From Mizuhopecten yessoensis (lineage: Eukaryota): a stretch of 64,000 bases of DNA. The DNA lies in assembly GCF_002113885.1 (NCBI RefSeq), contig NW_018406858.1:499363-563362 (forward strand), given 5' to 3'. Positions 46,201 to 54,371 of the stretch are shown piece by piece. Under the pieces are notes generated by a model. It saw nothing but the letters and a program-made list of their open reading frames with translations. It was not told where the DNA came from and did no database searches. The position numbers and the translations under genes are program-made. The stretch's first letter is position 1, and the number at the start of each line of letters is the position of its first letter.

Positions 46201-49022
46201 GTGAGGAGGTCAGTGACAGCCTTGGCATTATTCTCTCTCACAGCCTGATAAACCAATCACACAGTTTACCATGGGCGATTCTTGTATTTATATTGCAAAA
46301 TACTGAATGTCTACCGTGTGCACGTCTTTGTATGGGCCATTTCGGCCACAACATACTAATATCGTCAAATCTATAATCACATGCGTTTACATAAAGGGTT
46401 TCGTATACAAAAACAAATTTTTATTAAATTATTGTCAAGATTGCTTGGACTTCTTACCATTGTGAAACCTGGTTTGATGAAACTATATGAGCTGTTTCAG
46501 TATCTTATTTTATGGAACATAACGTTTAAACTGATCAGTTTATTTTGTAATGAAATCCAGTTAAAAAGTACCGGATGCCAATTTTGTTTGCTATTTTCTA
46601 TGTTTGTTTACACTGCGGAAAAGAAAATAAACTTTTTTTTATGGATTTTCCGTATGAACAAAAACAAATTGGTTAATTTCAATCCTATCTGCATAGTTGT
46701 AGCATGATAATGTAACAGTTTAAAGGTGATGAGTAGACTGTCCTTGTCTTTACTTACATGCCATAAGGTATAGGAACTTGCTTTACTGCTGTCCTCTATG
46801 TCATCTTCATCCTCTAGCAAGGAATGCACTTTTGGGGGGTTCTTTACCCCAAACAATATACTAGCCAGCCCCCTCCCCGTGCTCTTCTTGGACCTTTTGG
46901 TGGTTGGAAGCTGAGCCTTGGGGACGGTGAGCAGTCCAGGTGATTCCACATCCTTGACTATTCTCTTCTTCACCAAGGATCTGAAGTTATTGGTCTTATC
47001 TGGCTCCGTGAAGGCTTGCTGATTCAGCATGAACTTTTCCCCGTCACCAGGATCCACAATAATCTGTGGTGAAGAGCTCTCATCCTCTTTGATGGTAGCC
47101 ATGATTGACTCCTCCAAGTCCTCCAGGGAGTCAGAAGTATTGGCTGTGTGATATCTGCTTTTACCTGCCTGTATATAACAAACAAAGAACAATGTAAAGT
47201 GCATAAACTACGTCAGTAGCAAGCAACGAGATATCCAAAAGGACGTTTCTGATTACAGACCAAAGCCAGTAGTAATCGGTATCAATCGGTATCAGGCGGA
47301 GTAGAGTAGTAGAGTAGAGTAGTAGAGTAGTAGAGTAGAGTAGTAGAGTAGTAGAGTAGTCACTACTCGCCTCCGCCTGAAGTTTCAAACATAGATAAAT
47401 CACAACTCTGTATAATATCAACTTCACCTGACTCAGACACTGTTATTGGCATTTATTTCAGTGTTAAGGCCAATCCATGTTTGCAAGACTCACATGGAAC
47501 CACAGACTCAGTGTTTAGTGGTATAGCCTACATCACCTAGTCATATACAGCGTGTACAGTTGAGCCACAAATCACCTGTGTAGTACAGTTGTCGGATCAA
47601 CTTGGATCTTAAAACTACCCAGGATACATAGATTGTACGACCCACCAAAGTCACTCCCAACACAAGGGTTCATAGAACCACATACCCCCTCCCCTCCCGT
47701 TCCTGGATCTACAGACACGCTATAGCTGTAAGCCCTGTCTGGTCGTTACCTCTTTCATTGTATGGTGGTTTCACCTACGAGACAATGTAATCGAGAACAT
47801 CACACCATACCTAAGTGTTTATTGACGTTTTAATCCTTACATGTGTTGGACAGCGCCATGGTTCGGTAAATATAGTTCTACATGTTTACTACAACGATCT
47901 CTGTGTTTAAATAAGTCCCGGTATTTTAATTTTGATACCTTTAAGAGCGGGAGTAATTGAGACTTTTAATTACTATTGACTGTTTTATTTCTAATCCGCG
48001 TAGTGAAGAACAATAACGACGAATGATTTACACAATTAATTGCACAGATGAATGCATGCCTTTTAAAATGGTAAATGGAACACGATGACTCACTGTCATA
48101 AAACATATAGATTATGTGTCCGGTGTATGTCTGGTGGCTGTCAGAAACAAAGAAGACCTCACTAGATTATAGAGTGTCTAAATCATAGTTAATGAAACAA
48201 CAAGAGCACTGATCTGTCGGTATAGCCCTGCCATTAGAACAGATTGACATTTGACATTAGTACACTGTATACCGGTACCAGGTGTGTACCATACCTGTCG
48301 GAAACAGGTAGATAATATAACTGTTTATAGTTAGGGGATTTTCAGTATCTATTCACGAAGCAATATCGGTTGTCTAAAGTGATTGATAATATACACACTT
48401 AACATAATATTAATTTTAAATTCAGATATGTATAAAAAAGTTTAAAACACGCTTTTTTTCATCAACTGTATTAAATTTTACTTACTCCATATTTTGATTG
48501 TTTGAACTCTTTATGCCCCTGGGCAGTTTAAAGAAGTAACATTATATACGTAACACACAATTTCGTTTGAAATCTGAAGTCTTATAAAGAGAAAGGTTAA
48601 CTATTAAGTCATGGACAGATGGACGGACAGACACCGTGGTGACGATACTACACCTGTAGTTTCTGAATACGAAGCCCTAATAAGCCATTTATGTGTATAC
48701 TTCAATATTCACTCTATAGAAATATACACCATGAACAGTTTCTGGACCAACCTGAAGTCGCCAATACTCTGTACAATGGTAGAGTCCAACAATGTGGACA
48801 GGTAACTTAGCCTAGAACACTGCTGTAACACAAGGGTAGATACATAAACACCTTAATCATAGCAATTTCATTTGAAGGAGAACCGGCAAATAGTAATCCA
48901 TTCCACTAAAATATTATCGTTGCCATCAAGGTTACGGCAATCCAAGGGGACTAAGAAATCCACCAGCAGAGAATGCTGGATTTCCGTACATCATCGGTAC
49001 TTACCTGAAAATCGTCGTCCAT
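7064..49022 (-). CDS. TRPA1: TRPA1-like transient receptor potential cation channel (whole multi-exon gene; 30 exons visible, S3-S4 mostly in the N gap)
   Basis: Spliced translation gives about 17 ankyrin repeats (e.g. GNSPLHLAA, KTPLHLAA, GNTALHMA, MTPLMLAC, GKTPLHIAA), a linker TPMKRLIEKVPEAAMVVMDNC..DFKYLDP, pre-S1 LLGHTLVQSLLLMKW, S4-S5 GIYFVMFSEV, pore MTLGELNF, S6/TRP-like MPIGLMNLLVGIAVGDIDKIQKEAYLTRLSLQI and a coiled coil. All introns are GT-AG with consistent phase. Complete exons total 3472 nt. Confidence 0.93.
7205..8740. repeat. 30/31-bp minisatellite built from the last-exon splice acceptor, about 50 copies
   Basis: Minus-strand unit tagacttacactttttgttgccag|gttgcta equals the real acceptor plus 7 exon nt. 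Confidence 0.95.
8750..11030. repeat. 31-bp minisatellite (gtgtcattctattgtaacctgacaacagagt), about 68 copies
   Basis: Period 31; interrupted twice by an approximately 87-bp copy of the flank. Confidence 0.95.
11134..11252 (-). CDS. TRPA1: TRPA1-like penultimate exon (coiled-coil start)
   Basis: FKKKLLK..MSEMLSQIKHDMRKQKA; phase 2 GTAAGT donor. Confidence 0.85.
11487..12035. repeat. 64-bp tandem repeat, about 8 copies, containing a tRNA/SINE-head-like segment
   Basis: ctgatgag recurs at 11530, 11594 and 11658; minus strand reads cagtggatagagcactcatctttcacc. Confidence 0.9.
12060..12173 (-). CDS. TRPA1: TRPA1-like exon (C-terminal)
   Basis: IQMLCSYEATFPRIIQRKLY..MKPN..WNQ; CAG|GTAAGT donor. 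Confidence 0.9.
12357..12425 (-). CDS. TRPA1: TRPA1-like exon (S6 end and TRP-like helix)
   Basis: VGIAVGDIDKIQKEAYLTRLSLQ. Confidence 0.93.
12898..13071 (-). CDS. TRPA1: TRPA1-like exon (pore and S6)
   Basis: ..TVLSMTLGELNF..FMVIMPIGLMNLL; GTAAGT donor. Confidence 0.93.
13686..14145. repeat. 76-bp tandem repeat, 6 copies, with the aagggccataact motif
   Basis: aagacctg recurs at 13737, 13813, 13889 and onward; related motif also near 15258 and 36881. Confidence 0.92.
14343..15087. repeat. 20-bp minisatellite built from the S5-exon splice donor, about 37 copies
   Basis: Minus-strand unit aagtctACA|GTAAGTGTCcc versus real donor CAAACA|GTAAGTGTC. Confidence 0.95.
15088..15156 (-). CDS. TRPA1: TRPA1-like exon (S5)
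   Basis: VMSVLLLFLLSFASAFGITMAQT; GTAAGT donor. Confidence 0.92.
15826..15886 (-). CDS. TRPA1: TRPA1-like exon (S4-S5 linker)
   Basis: LDSIGIYFVMFSEVVQSLMK; ttttcag acceptor, GTAAGA donor. Confidence 0.92.
15990..16015 (-). CDS. TRPA1: TRPA1-like partial exon (3' end of S4; remainder in the gap)
   Basis: MYLLILVR(R) with a phase 2 AG|GTATGT donor matching the next exon. Confidence 0.7.
16027..16649. other. Assembly gap (623 N), predicted to hide S3-S4 exon(s)
   Basis: Run of N; S3 and most of S4 are absent from the reconstructed protein. Confidence 0.97.
16650..18440. repeat. 25-bp minisatellite (ccatgttaccattacatacagtaat), about 70 copies
   Basis: Period 25; shares GTAATG|GTAA with the exon 22 donor. 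Confidence 0.95.
18484..18600 (-). CDS. TRPA1: TRPA1-like exon 22 (S2)
   Basis: AGSYSF..NVLIGIANMYFLREVISIFVM; GTAAGT donor. Confidence 0.85.
18601..18815. repeat. 51-bp tandem repeat, about 4 copies, abutting the exon 22 acceptor
   Basis: caaca(g/a)aga at 18604, 18655, 18706, 18757 and 18808. Confidence 0.9.
19091..19280 (-). CDS. TRPA1: TRPA1-like exon 21 (S1 and extracellular loop)
   Basis: RNFGRILFYLNLASYLIYLVILLTYI..NAT sequon..; GTAAGT donor. Confidence 0.9.
19310..20070. repeat. 57-59-bp tandem repeat, about 12 copies
   Basis: Unit acaggtaaatctggtaatacatgtacatttaacacgattagagacttacttaaccagac. Confidence 0.95.
20207..22695 (+). mobile_element. 5'-truncated, decayed CR1/L2-group non-LTR retrotransposon (RT pseudogene), antisense in TRPA1-like intron 20
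   Basis: RT motifs YRPVSILS, QSGFR, KAFDMVDH, GEPQGSILGPLLF, YADA (from YADD) and LSLNLGKT, split by frameshifts and stops; 3' UTR ends aataaac(att)n. Confidence 0.9.
22763..22833 (-). CDS. TRPA1: TRPA1-like exon 20 (pre-S1)
   Basis: TMVERKREDLLGHTLVQSLLLMK(W); GTGAGT donor. Confidence 0.9.
22885..23423. mobile_element. Foldback MITE with long inverted arms (possibly Tc1/mariner-like ends)
   Basis: ccgtagtatggtaataagaaggcc.. pairs with ..ggccttcatattaccatactacag; internal arms also pair; inner IR gggtagagaaatttagggtt/aaccctaaatttctctaccc. Confidence 0.8.
23616..23693 (-). CDS. TRPA1: TRPA1-like exon 19 (linker)
   Basis: VKHDFKYLDPGPGDLSCAQIRYFAVN. Confidence 0.88.
24601..24660 (-). CDS. 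TRPA1: TRPA1-like exon 18 (linker)
   Basis: VVMDNCLEYSDHRKDDLQYT; GTGAGT donor. Confidence 0.88.
25060..25215. repeat. 20-bp tandem repeat agattacctgacaataaa(c/a)c, about 7 copies
   Basis: Direct inspection. Confidence 0.9.
25242..25326 (-). CDS. TRPA1: TRPA1-like exon 17 (linker)
   Basis: WRDSMEMRDEDGFTPMKRLIEKVPEAAM. Confidence 0.9.
25774..25943 (-). CDS. TRPA1: TRPA1-like exon 16 (ankyrin)
   Basis: NTPLHIAAYHG..GKTPLDAAIEN..MLKHC; GTGAGG donor. Confidence 0.92.
26080..26456. repeat. Degenerate 22-bp array derived from the exon 15 donor junction
   Basis: gatttaccttgaccttgtcact reads AGTGACAAGGTCAAG|GTAAATC on the minus strand. Confidence 0.85.
26442..26553 (-). CDS. TRPA1: TRPA1-like exon 15 (ankyrin)
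   Basis: DEEYRTATMLATAAGHTKLVRLLLENYAEINHSDKVK; AAG|GTAAAT donor. Confidence 0.9.
26783..26944 (-). CDS. TRPA1: TRPA1-like exon 14 (ankyrin)
   Basis: YSNSKVIDIL..DGKTPIMIAAETG..HGADLSM; phase 2 at both ends. Confidence 0.9.
27093..27175 (-). CDS. TRPA1: TRPA1-like exon 13 (ankyrin)
   Basis: ILNALLKH..DQNGKTPLHIAA; phase 2 GTAAGT donor. Confidence 0.9.
27391..27474 (-). CDS. TRPA1: TRPA1-like exon 12 (ankyrin)
   Basis: NGCASVMECLDQRDQTALHYAARLGDML; ttccag acceptor, GTATGT donor. Confidence 0.9.
27570..33670. repeat. Highly homogeneous 23-bp satellite (gtcactgaagtaaggtctttctt), about 265 copies
   Basis: Near-perfect copies with degenerate edges and one degenerate patch at about 29340-29560. 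Confidence 0.98.
34062..34256 (-). CDS. TRPA1: TRPA1-like exon 11 (ankyrin)
   Basis: GGDVNV..MTPLMLACWKG..SALHIAVQNG..LLE; GTAAGC donor. Confidence 0.92.
34680..34817. repeat. 22-bp array of six exon 10 donor copies (including the real one)
   Basis: AACAAG|GTAAGA at 34688, 34710, 34732, 34754, 34776 and 34798 (real). Confidence 0.95.
34800..34848 (-). CDS. TRPA1: TRPA1-like exon 10
   Basis: (R)AAMYNRYQIVELLINK; AAG|GTAAGA donor. Confidence 0.88.
34967..35062 (+). mobile_element. tRNA-derived SINE head remnant
   Basis: A-box-like tagctcattgacagagc and B-box-like ggttaaatccc at tRNA spacing. Confidence 0.5.
35323..35447 (-). CDS. TRPA1: TRPA1-like exon 9 (ankyrin)
   Basis: GSHSAPLHMAAVNG..DKEHMTAIH; phase 2 donor. 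Confidence 0.9.
38109..38156 (-). CDS. TRPA1: TRPA1-like exon 8
   Basis: TADYLLRKGASVNQRN; atcag acceptor, GTAAGT donor. Confidence 0.88.
38322..38683. repeat. 58-bp tandem repeat, about 6 copies, starting at the exon 7 donor
   Basis: tgtagtctgtg at 38323, 38381 and 38439; the tgtgtacc in the unit matches the donor. Confidence 0.9.
38684..38787 (-). CDS. TRPA1: TRPA1-like exon 7 (ankyrin)
   Basis: ENLYG..RDNEGNTALHMAILNNKLK; AAG|GTACAC donor. Confidence 0.9.
39050..40212. repeat. Compound 21-24/45-bp minisatellite plus a 105-bp duplication of the exon 6 donor
   Basis: Unit core cctgttgtca reads ACAACAGGT on the minus strand; 40003-40107 duplicates 40108-40212. Confidence 0.92.
40172..40280 (-). 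CDS. TRPA1: TRPA1-like exon 6 (ankyrin)
   Basis: VERGANIYAEDINETLVFHFAAAEELIDLLELFIAT; G|GTAAGG donor, phase 1. Confidence 0.9.
40418..40531 (-). CDS. TRPA1: TRPA1-like exon 5 (ankyrin)
   Basis: TLLTGEGAQVAVNAVDEDELTPLFDAVMHRQTKMAILL; gacag acceptor, GTAAGT donor. Confidence 0.9.
40886..41061 (-). CDS. TRPA1: TRPA1-like exon 4 (ankyrin)
   Basis: DVNKEG..CPLHTAA..KTPLHLAARHG; CAG|GTAAGA donor. Confidence 0.92.
41186..43096. mobile_element. Old foldback (long inverted repeat) DNA-transposon remnant, about 1.9 kb
   Basis: Inverted matches at 41640/42620 (tttctgtattcatgacac), 41688/42553 (cacttaccgtcaaaa..ggaagc), 41860/42375 (tgatcaagaagg), 41990/42294 (ggcggcattct), 41296/42705 (gcacttccat) and 41192/43078 (agccaaatt). 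Confidence 0.7.
43247..46087. repeat. 53-bp minisatellite, about 50 copies, first unit starting at the exon 3 donor GT
   Basis: Minus-strand unit GTAACCAATTACAGACACTAGACGTGGGCCAAGGAGGGTACTCTCTTCATATT. Confidence 0.96.
46088..46244 (-). CDS. TRPA1: TRPA1-like exon 3 (ankyrin)
   Basis: AVRENN..GNSPLHLAAKHN; atcag acceptor, G|GTAACC donor, phase 1. Confidence 0.9.
46758..47168 (-). CDS. TRPA1: TRPA1-like exon 2 (low-complexity N-terminus AGKSRY..YTLWH)
   Basis: tacag|GCA acceptor, CAT|GTAAGT donor, 411 nt open; joins exon 3 to form the first ankyrin LWHAVRENN. Confidence 0.85.
47292..47380. repeat. (AGTAG/AGT)n microsatellite flanked by a 10-bp inverted repeat
   Basis: tcaggcggag ... ctccgcctga. 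Confidence 0.85.
48199..48685 (+). mobile_element. Decayed non-autonomous element with a (GGAC/AGAC) microsatellite near its 3' end
   Basis: Starts aacaagagc and has ggacagatggacggacagac near the end; same layout as the element at 57350. Confidence 0.4.
49005..49022 (-). CDS. TRPA1: TRPA1-like exon 1 (MDDDFQ)
   Basis: Strong ACAATGG start context with an in-frame TAA upstream; CAG|GTAAGT donor; phase 0 matches exon 2. Confidence 0.7.
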
Positions 49023-50694
49023 TGTAGAACTTTCACCCCTTGGCAAATATGTCAGGTAGTGTTACAGCTAGGTATAGTGTGGTAAAACGTGCACTCCGAT
49101 ACGTCCTGGACTAATTCTGGCAAATGCAGTTTTTGTTATGCTATTTTATCCTTAAGTACTAATAGTGTTAGTATATGTGTAGTTGCAATGTAGTAGTGGA
49201 CACTAAGGACAACGTATTAACCTGTATTACACAGTCGAATGAACACATTTAGTGATCGAATATTTGTAATCTGCAAACAACCTTTTTATCTAATGATCAA
49301 TGTTTAAACCTTCAACAAAGTAAATGATACAGATTATAGAACCCCACTTGTCCCTTCAAAATAGCTAGACACCATTAAACATTGGACAAGTCTGATGGTA
49401 TCACTACCGCATACTTGACCACATGACAGTATCCTTTGGAGCCATGTTCCATTCCCTTCTAAACCTACCTCTGGATTTAAAGACAGACGAAACAAAATCA
49501 CTTATCACAAAATCGCTTGCACAGTTGATAATATTTTGTAAACAAACTTACCAGATAACAGTAGAAACCGGCAGAATTGCATTGATAATATGGCGCCAGA
49601 ACATACGTTATTATAATTACCAAACTGTTATGCAGTTGTATTGTTGGCGCTGTAGCTACTTAAAAAAAATGTGATTTTTCAAGGCTTTTCTTTTGAACTA
49701 CAAAATTAACTTCAATATCATGTCAAAATAAAGCAATATTTGCACGCGTGCTTCTCCTTCGAGACAATATCATTATCGTGTCATATCAATGAAATATATA
49801 TTGTATTCAACGGGAACCCCATACAAAATATCCTCTATACATTTACCTTTAACAAACACGCAAGTCGTTAATTATATTAAATATCTTGAATGAGTCAATA
49901 AGAAGTTAAAGCAGAATGCTAAACAAACAAATGGGACCAATTAATTAAGTACGTATGTACATATCGGTGTCGATATTAATCGGTATAAGTATTAATCATA
50001 ACGGCCGTGTAATGTACCACAGAACTAGCCAACTTCACACTATAACAGTAGTGAATCCGAGACTCATCAATATTGTATAACAAAACAAATATTCTCTCAC
50101 AATCAGCTATCTAATCAATGGGAAAGTGGATGTCAAGTGTTGTGTAACTCTGGACAAATCCCAAGTCTACACAGCATAGCCATATATGACATCACGAATA
50201 TACTACGTAGACCTGCCCTATATATAAGTAAACAACTATGCCAAGGTGTTATAAATCATGTGTTCTAATTCACACTTCTGTGTCTGTATTCATTTGTTTG
50301 ATGACGAGTATAATAAGAACATTACGCAATAAGCATTATTTACCTCCAGTACTGATTACACAAGTCAGGATTTGTAATTCATATATCATAGCATAAAATA
50401 CAACAAGTAGGAGCAATAAGTCAAACTATCACACAGAAAATTCAGCAGCTCAAATGAGTGTAAGCAAATTAATAAATAAGTCAGTCCGTATTGTAAATTA
50501 TGGTGTCATATTGATTTCGAAAGCTGTCATCTCAGCTCGAAATCATAGCTCGCAACTCTGTCTGGGGATTGTGAGTTAATTTATTTGCTGCAATTGTAAA
50601 ATGTGATGTGTATTACTGTGATTAGAACCTTTTAGTGTGAGCTGTGTGTGTGTGGTGATAGTGATTGTGAACTTTCATTGAGAAATGCTTTTGA

Positions 50695-51690
50695 GTTTTG
50701 ATGGTATGATGGTGATTGGTGTGTTGTATAAGTTGTGAGTTGTGCTTGTATGATGGTGATTGGTGAGTTGTGATTGTATGATGGTGATTGGTCCGTTGTG
50801 ATTGTATGATGGTGATTGGTGAGTTGTGATTGTATGATGGTGATTGGTGTGTTGTATAAGTTGTGATTGTATGATGGTGATTGGTGAGTTGTGATTGTAC
50901 GATGGTGATTGGTGAGTTGTGATTGTATGATGGTGATTGGTGTGTTTTATAAGTTGTGAGTCGTGATTTTATGATGGGGATTGGTTAGTTGTGATTGTAC
51001 GATGGTGATTGGGGAGTTGTGATTGTATGATGGTGATTGGTGAGTTGTGATTGTATGATGGTGATTGGTGAGTTGTATAAGTTGTGATTGTGATTGTATG
51101 ATGGTGATTGGTGAGTTGTGATTGTATGATGGTAATTGGTGTGTTGCATAAATTGTGAGTGGTGATTGGTGTGTTGTATAAGTTGTGATTGTATGTGGGT
51201 GATTGGTGAGTTGTGATTGTATGATGGTGATTGGTGAGCTGTTGGTGAGCTGTGATTGTATGATGGTGATTGGTGTGTTGTGATTGTATGATGGTGATTG
51301 GTGAGTTGTGATTATATGATGGTGATTGGTGAGTTGTATAAATTGTGAGTTGTGATTGTATGATGGTGATTGGTGAGCTGTTGGAGAGCTGTGATTGTAT
51401 GATGGAGATTGGTGTGTTGTGATTATATGATGGTGATTGGTGAGTTGTATAAATTGTGAGATGTGATTGTATGATGGTGATTGGTGTGTTGTATAAACTG
51501 TGATTTTAGATTGTATGATGGTGATTGGTGAGTTGTGATTGTATGATGGTGATTGGTGTGTTGTATAAACTGTGATTTTAGATTGTATGATGGTGATTGG
51601 TGAGTTGTATCTATTATGAGCTGTGATTATGGGGTTGTGATCGGTGAGTTGTATAAATCGTGAGTTGTGACTGTGAGCTATAATTGTCAT
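50695..51690. repeat. About 28-bp GT-rich minisatellite (tgtgattgtatgatggtgattggtgagt)
   Basis: Direct inspection. Confidence 0.93.
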
Positions 51691-54371
51691 AATTTTGGGC
51701 TGTAGTTTCTGAATGTGAGTTTTGATTGTGAAATGTGATTAAGAGCTGTATTTGTCAGCTTTGCTTGCGAGTCAGAACTGTCACATACACTAGCATAACT
51801 ATACTAAATACAGAAAGTCTTAACGCTAATAAAGTCACATACACTAGCATAACTAAATACAGAAAGTCATAACGCTAATAAAGTCACATACACTAGCAAA
51901 GCTATTCTAAACACAGGAAGCTATACACTATGAAAGCCATTAACACTAGCAAAGCTATTCTAAACTGGAAACAGTGAAATGATGTCTGTTTTGACACAAC
52001 CAAAATACCATTGCAACAGACCAGAAAGCGTATTTACCTGTTCCCTGACAGCTCCGGAAACGTCTAGAGGCAATTGTTCGATACACCTTTTCTGTGGATA
52101 CATGAGTATCCTATTGCGTAATTCCTATCACATTGACTTTTGGAAATCCCTAGCACAACCTTCAGGTTTGATCCCACATGTAAGTACGGCTACAGTCACA
52201 GTCAAACCGTCATGCCGTATGTCCCATCATCTCGTTTGTGAGATGTTTATAACAGAGAGGAAAGTGTAACGCTTCAAAAGATACAATAATACGCATTTTA
52301 ATTATTCAAAGGCTATATATGCAACAAACCTTTGACATTGGTGAATGCCGATGAGGACTAGAATGTATTTAAACGTTTTTGCAATCTCATTAATGGACTG
52401 ATTTTCTGAGAGCCGCGGCTTCCCTGGTGACCAACTACAATCAAGTTATTAATTGTAACCCATCAGCTCACATGTATAGTTTGATATCTGTATAAACACA
52501 TATCCTGCTATCCCAGCCTGATTCCATCAGCACCAATGATCGGGTACATAAGTACATAGGAGTCTCAGGATCAGGTGTCAGTGACTGTGCTGTATACAGA
52601 ACGCTGGAATAGTCGGGGCGACATTCGCCACACTTAATCAGACATGATTATTGAATACACCCTCATCACAGACCTCGTTATTATAAAAATGAGGATTTGT
52701 TTGATCAATCTGGGATAACAGTTCATGATAAAAGCATGCTAACAGCATTCTCCCGCCTATCCCACATAAACCACTTTATGTGTGAGACGCAATACCATTC
52801 CTAAGGACAAAGTAAACATATTTATGTGACGCTATCAACACACTTGTCGTGAAGTTTCATTTAGGGAAATTTCATGTGAGCATGTTTTTCAATGGTAAAT
52901 TTAAATTAAGGAACGCTTTAGAAACTAGAGCAAGATTTAGATAGTATATATTCATGTAATTCACCTGCATCTCTATATCCTAAGGAAAAAATATTTATAA
53001 TGATTCTTATCATATTTGTACTCAATTTATCATAATATTGTTATAAGGCAATGTTCAAATCAACCCTGGACATGTATTAACTCTGATAATATGTCATTTC
53101 CTCATCTTACTGTTAGTTCCATACGTAACAAACTACATCTACTAGACAAGGGTTTGCTGATGTTGATATTCTATGTTTCACTGAAACACATTTAAATAAT
53201 ACTATAAATACAGAAATGTAATAGTGATATCGTACTGGAATCCCTCCATAACTATATAGAGAAGATTGTAAAGACAAACATCTGGAGGAGTTATTATCTA
53301 TGACAAAAATGATATCCATGCTACTAGAAGATTTGATATAGTTATAAATATATCATTTAAAGTATTAAACGAGATGTCATTTAAACTATTTTGTACAAAG
53401 GTGAAGTTAACCTGTATGAAATCAATGTGAGTGTGTCACCTGCTGATGGGGTATACCGTCACAGTATCAGTGGCACCAAAACGAAGACAAGATGTTGGTT
53501 TAGAACAAGAATGTTACTACTTTAAACATGTGCCACAGGATATTGTTAAAAACAGTTTGATGTACTAAATGTAGGTAGATATTCAATTTACTGACGTTGA
53601 TGTGGCACGTGGTAAATGTGTAAATGGTAGATGTAAAAATCTGTACGTGGTACATATGTAATCACTCTAATTAAAGGGGCGAGTAACGTATACTGTGGCA
53701 TTGTGTGTATGAAAGTAGCATATGAGAACTCTTGTTGAGTGTAACCACACTCTTTGGGTTGGTCCATTGTGTAACTGTTAACAGCATTAATTGACACATG
53801 AGTATCGCTGTAGGAACAAAGGCGGTCACTTGACAAGTAGCACAGGACATATAGTGTCTATTCAAGTATTTAAAGTGTGTTTATACACACACAAATCCAT
53901 CCAACAATAACATTTTCATATCTGAAAGTGATTACTTTCACCAAACAGTCGTTGGAAAGAAGTTAACAAGCATGGTTGTCAAGGTAAATACAAATGGTAT
54001 TCCCAGTAACATACACTAACAAGATCACCACAAGTACAACTTTAGAGAACAATGTCGCTTTTCAGGTCTATATAACGAAATATTGACCTCGATAAAAGTC
54101 CATAATTGAAAAATATAAAAGTTGGAGGTGGCGAAATTCCGATATTCAATAGGTGCGAAGACAAAATCAGTTTTTACATTAGGCTGTAAGAATACAGAAT
54201 ACAACCTATGTGACAGTGAACAAAGACTTCATAGCATTTTAGATTATTTAACATGTAAAATATAGATACCATATTTAAAGCTTAACAAGTTAAAAAAGTC
54301 TTCTGCATGGATTTCTATTTAAAAATTACACATTTCATTAATGAACAATAGTCCATCCAAGCAATATAAAT

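Noticed and set aside
50215-50232. TATA-like ctatatataag upstream of exon 1
   Set aside because: Common in AT-rich DNA and the TSS is unknown
50947-51690. 247-aa His/Thr-rich ORF
   Set aside because: Low-complexity satellite translation
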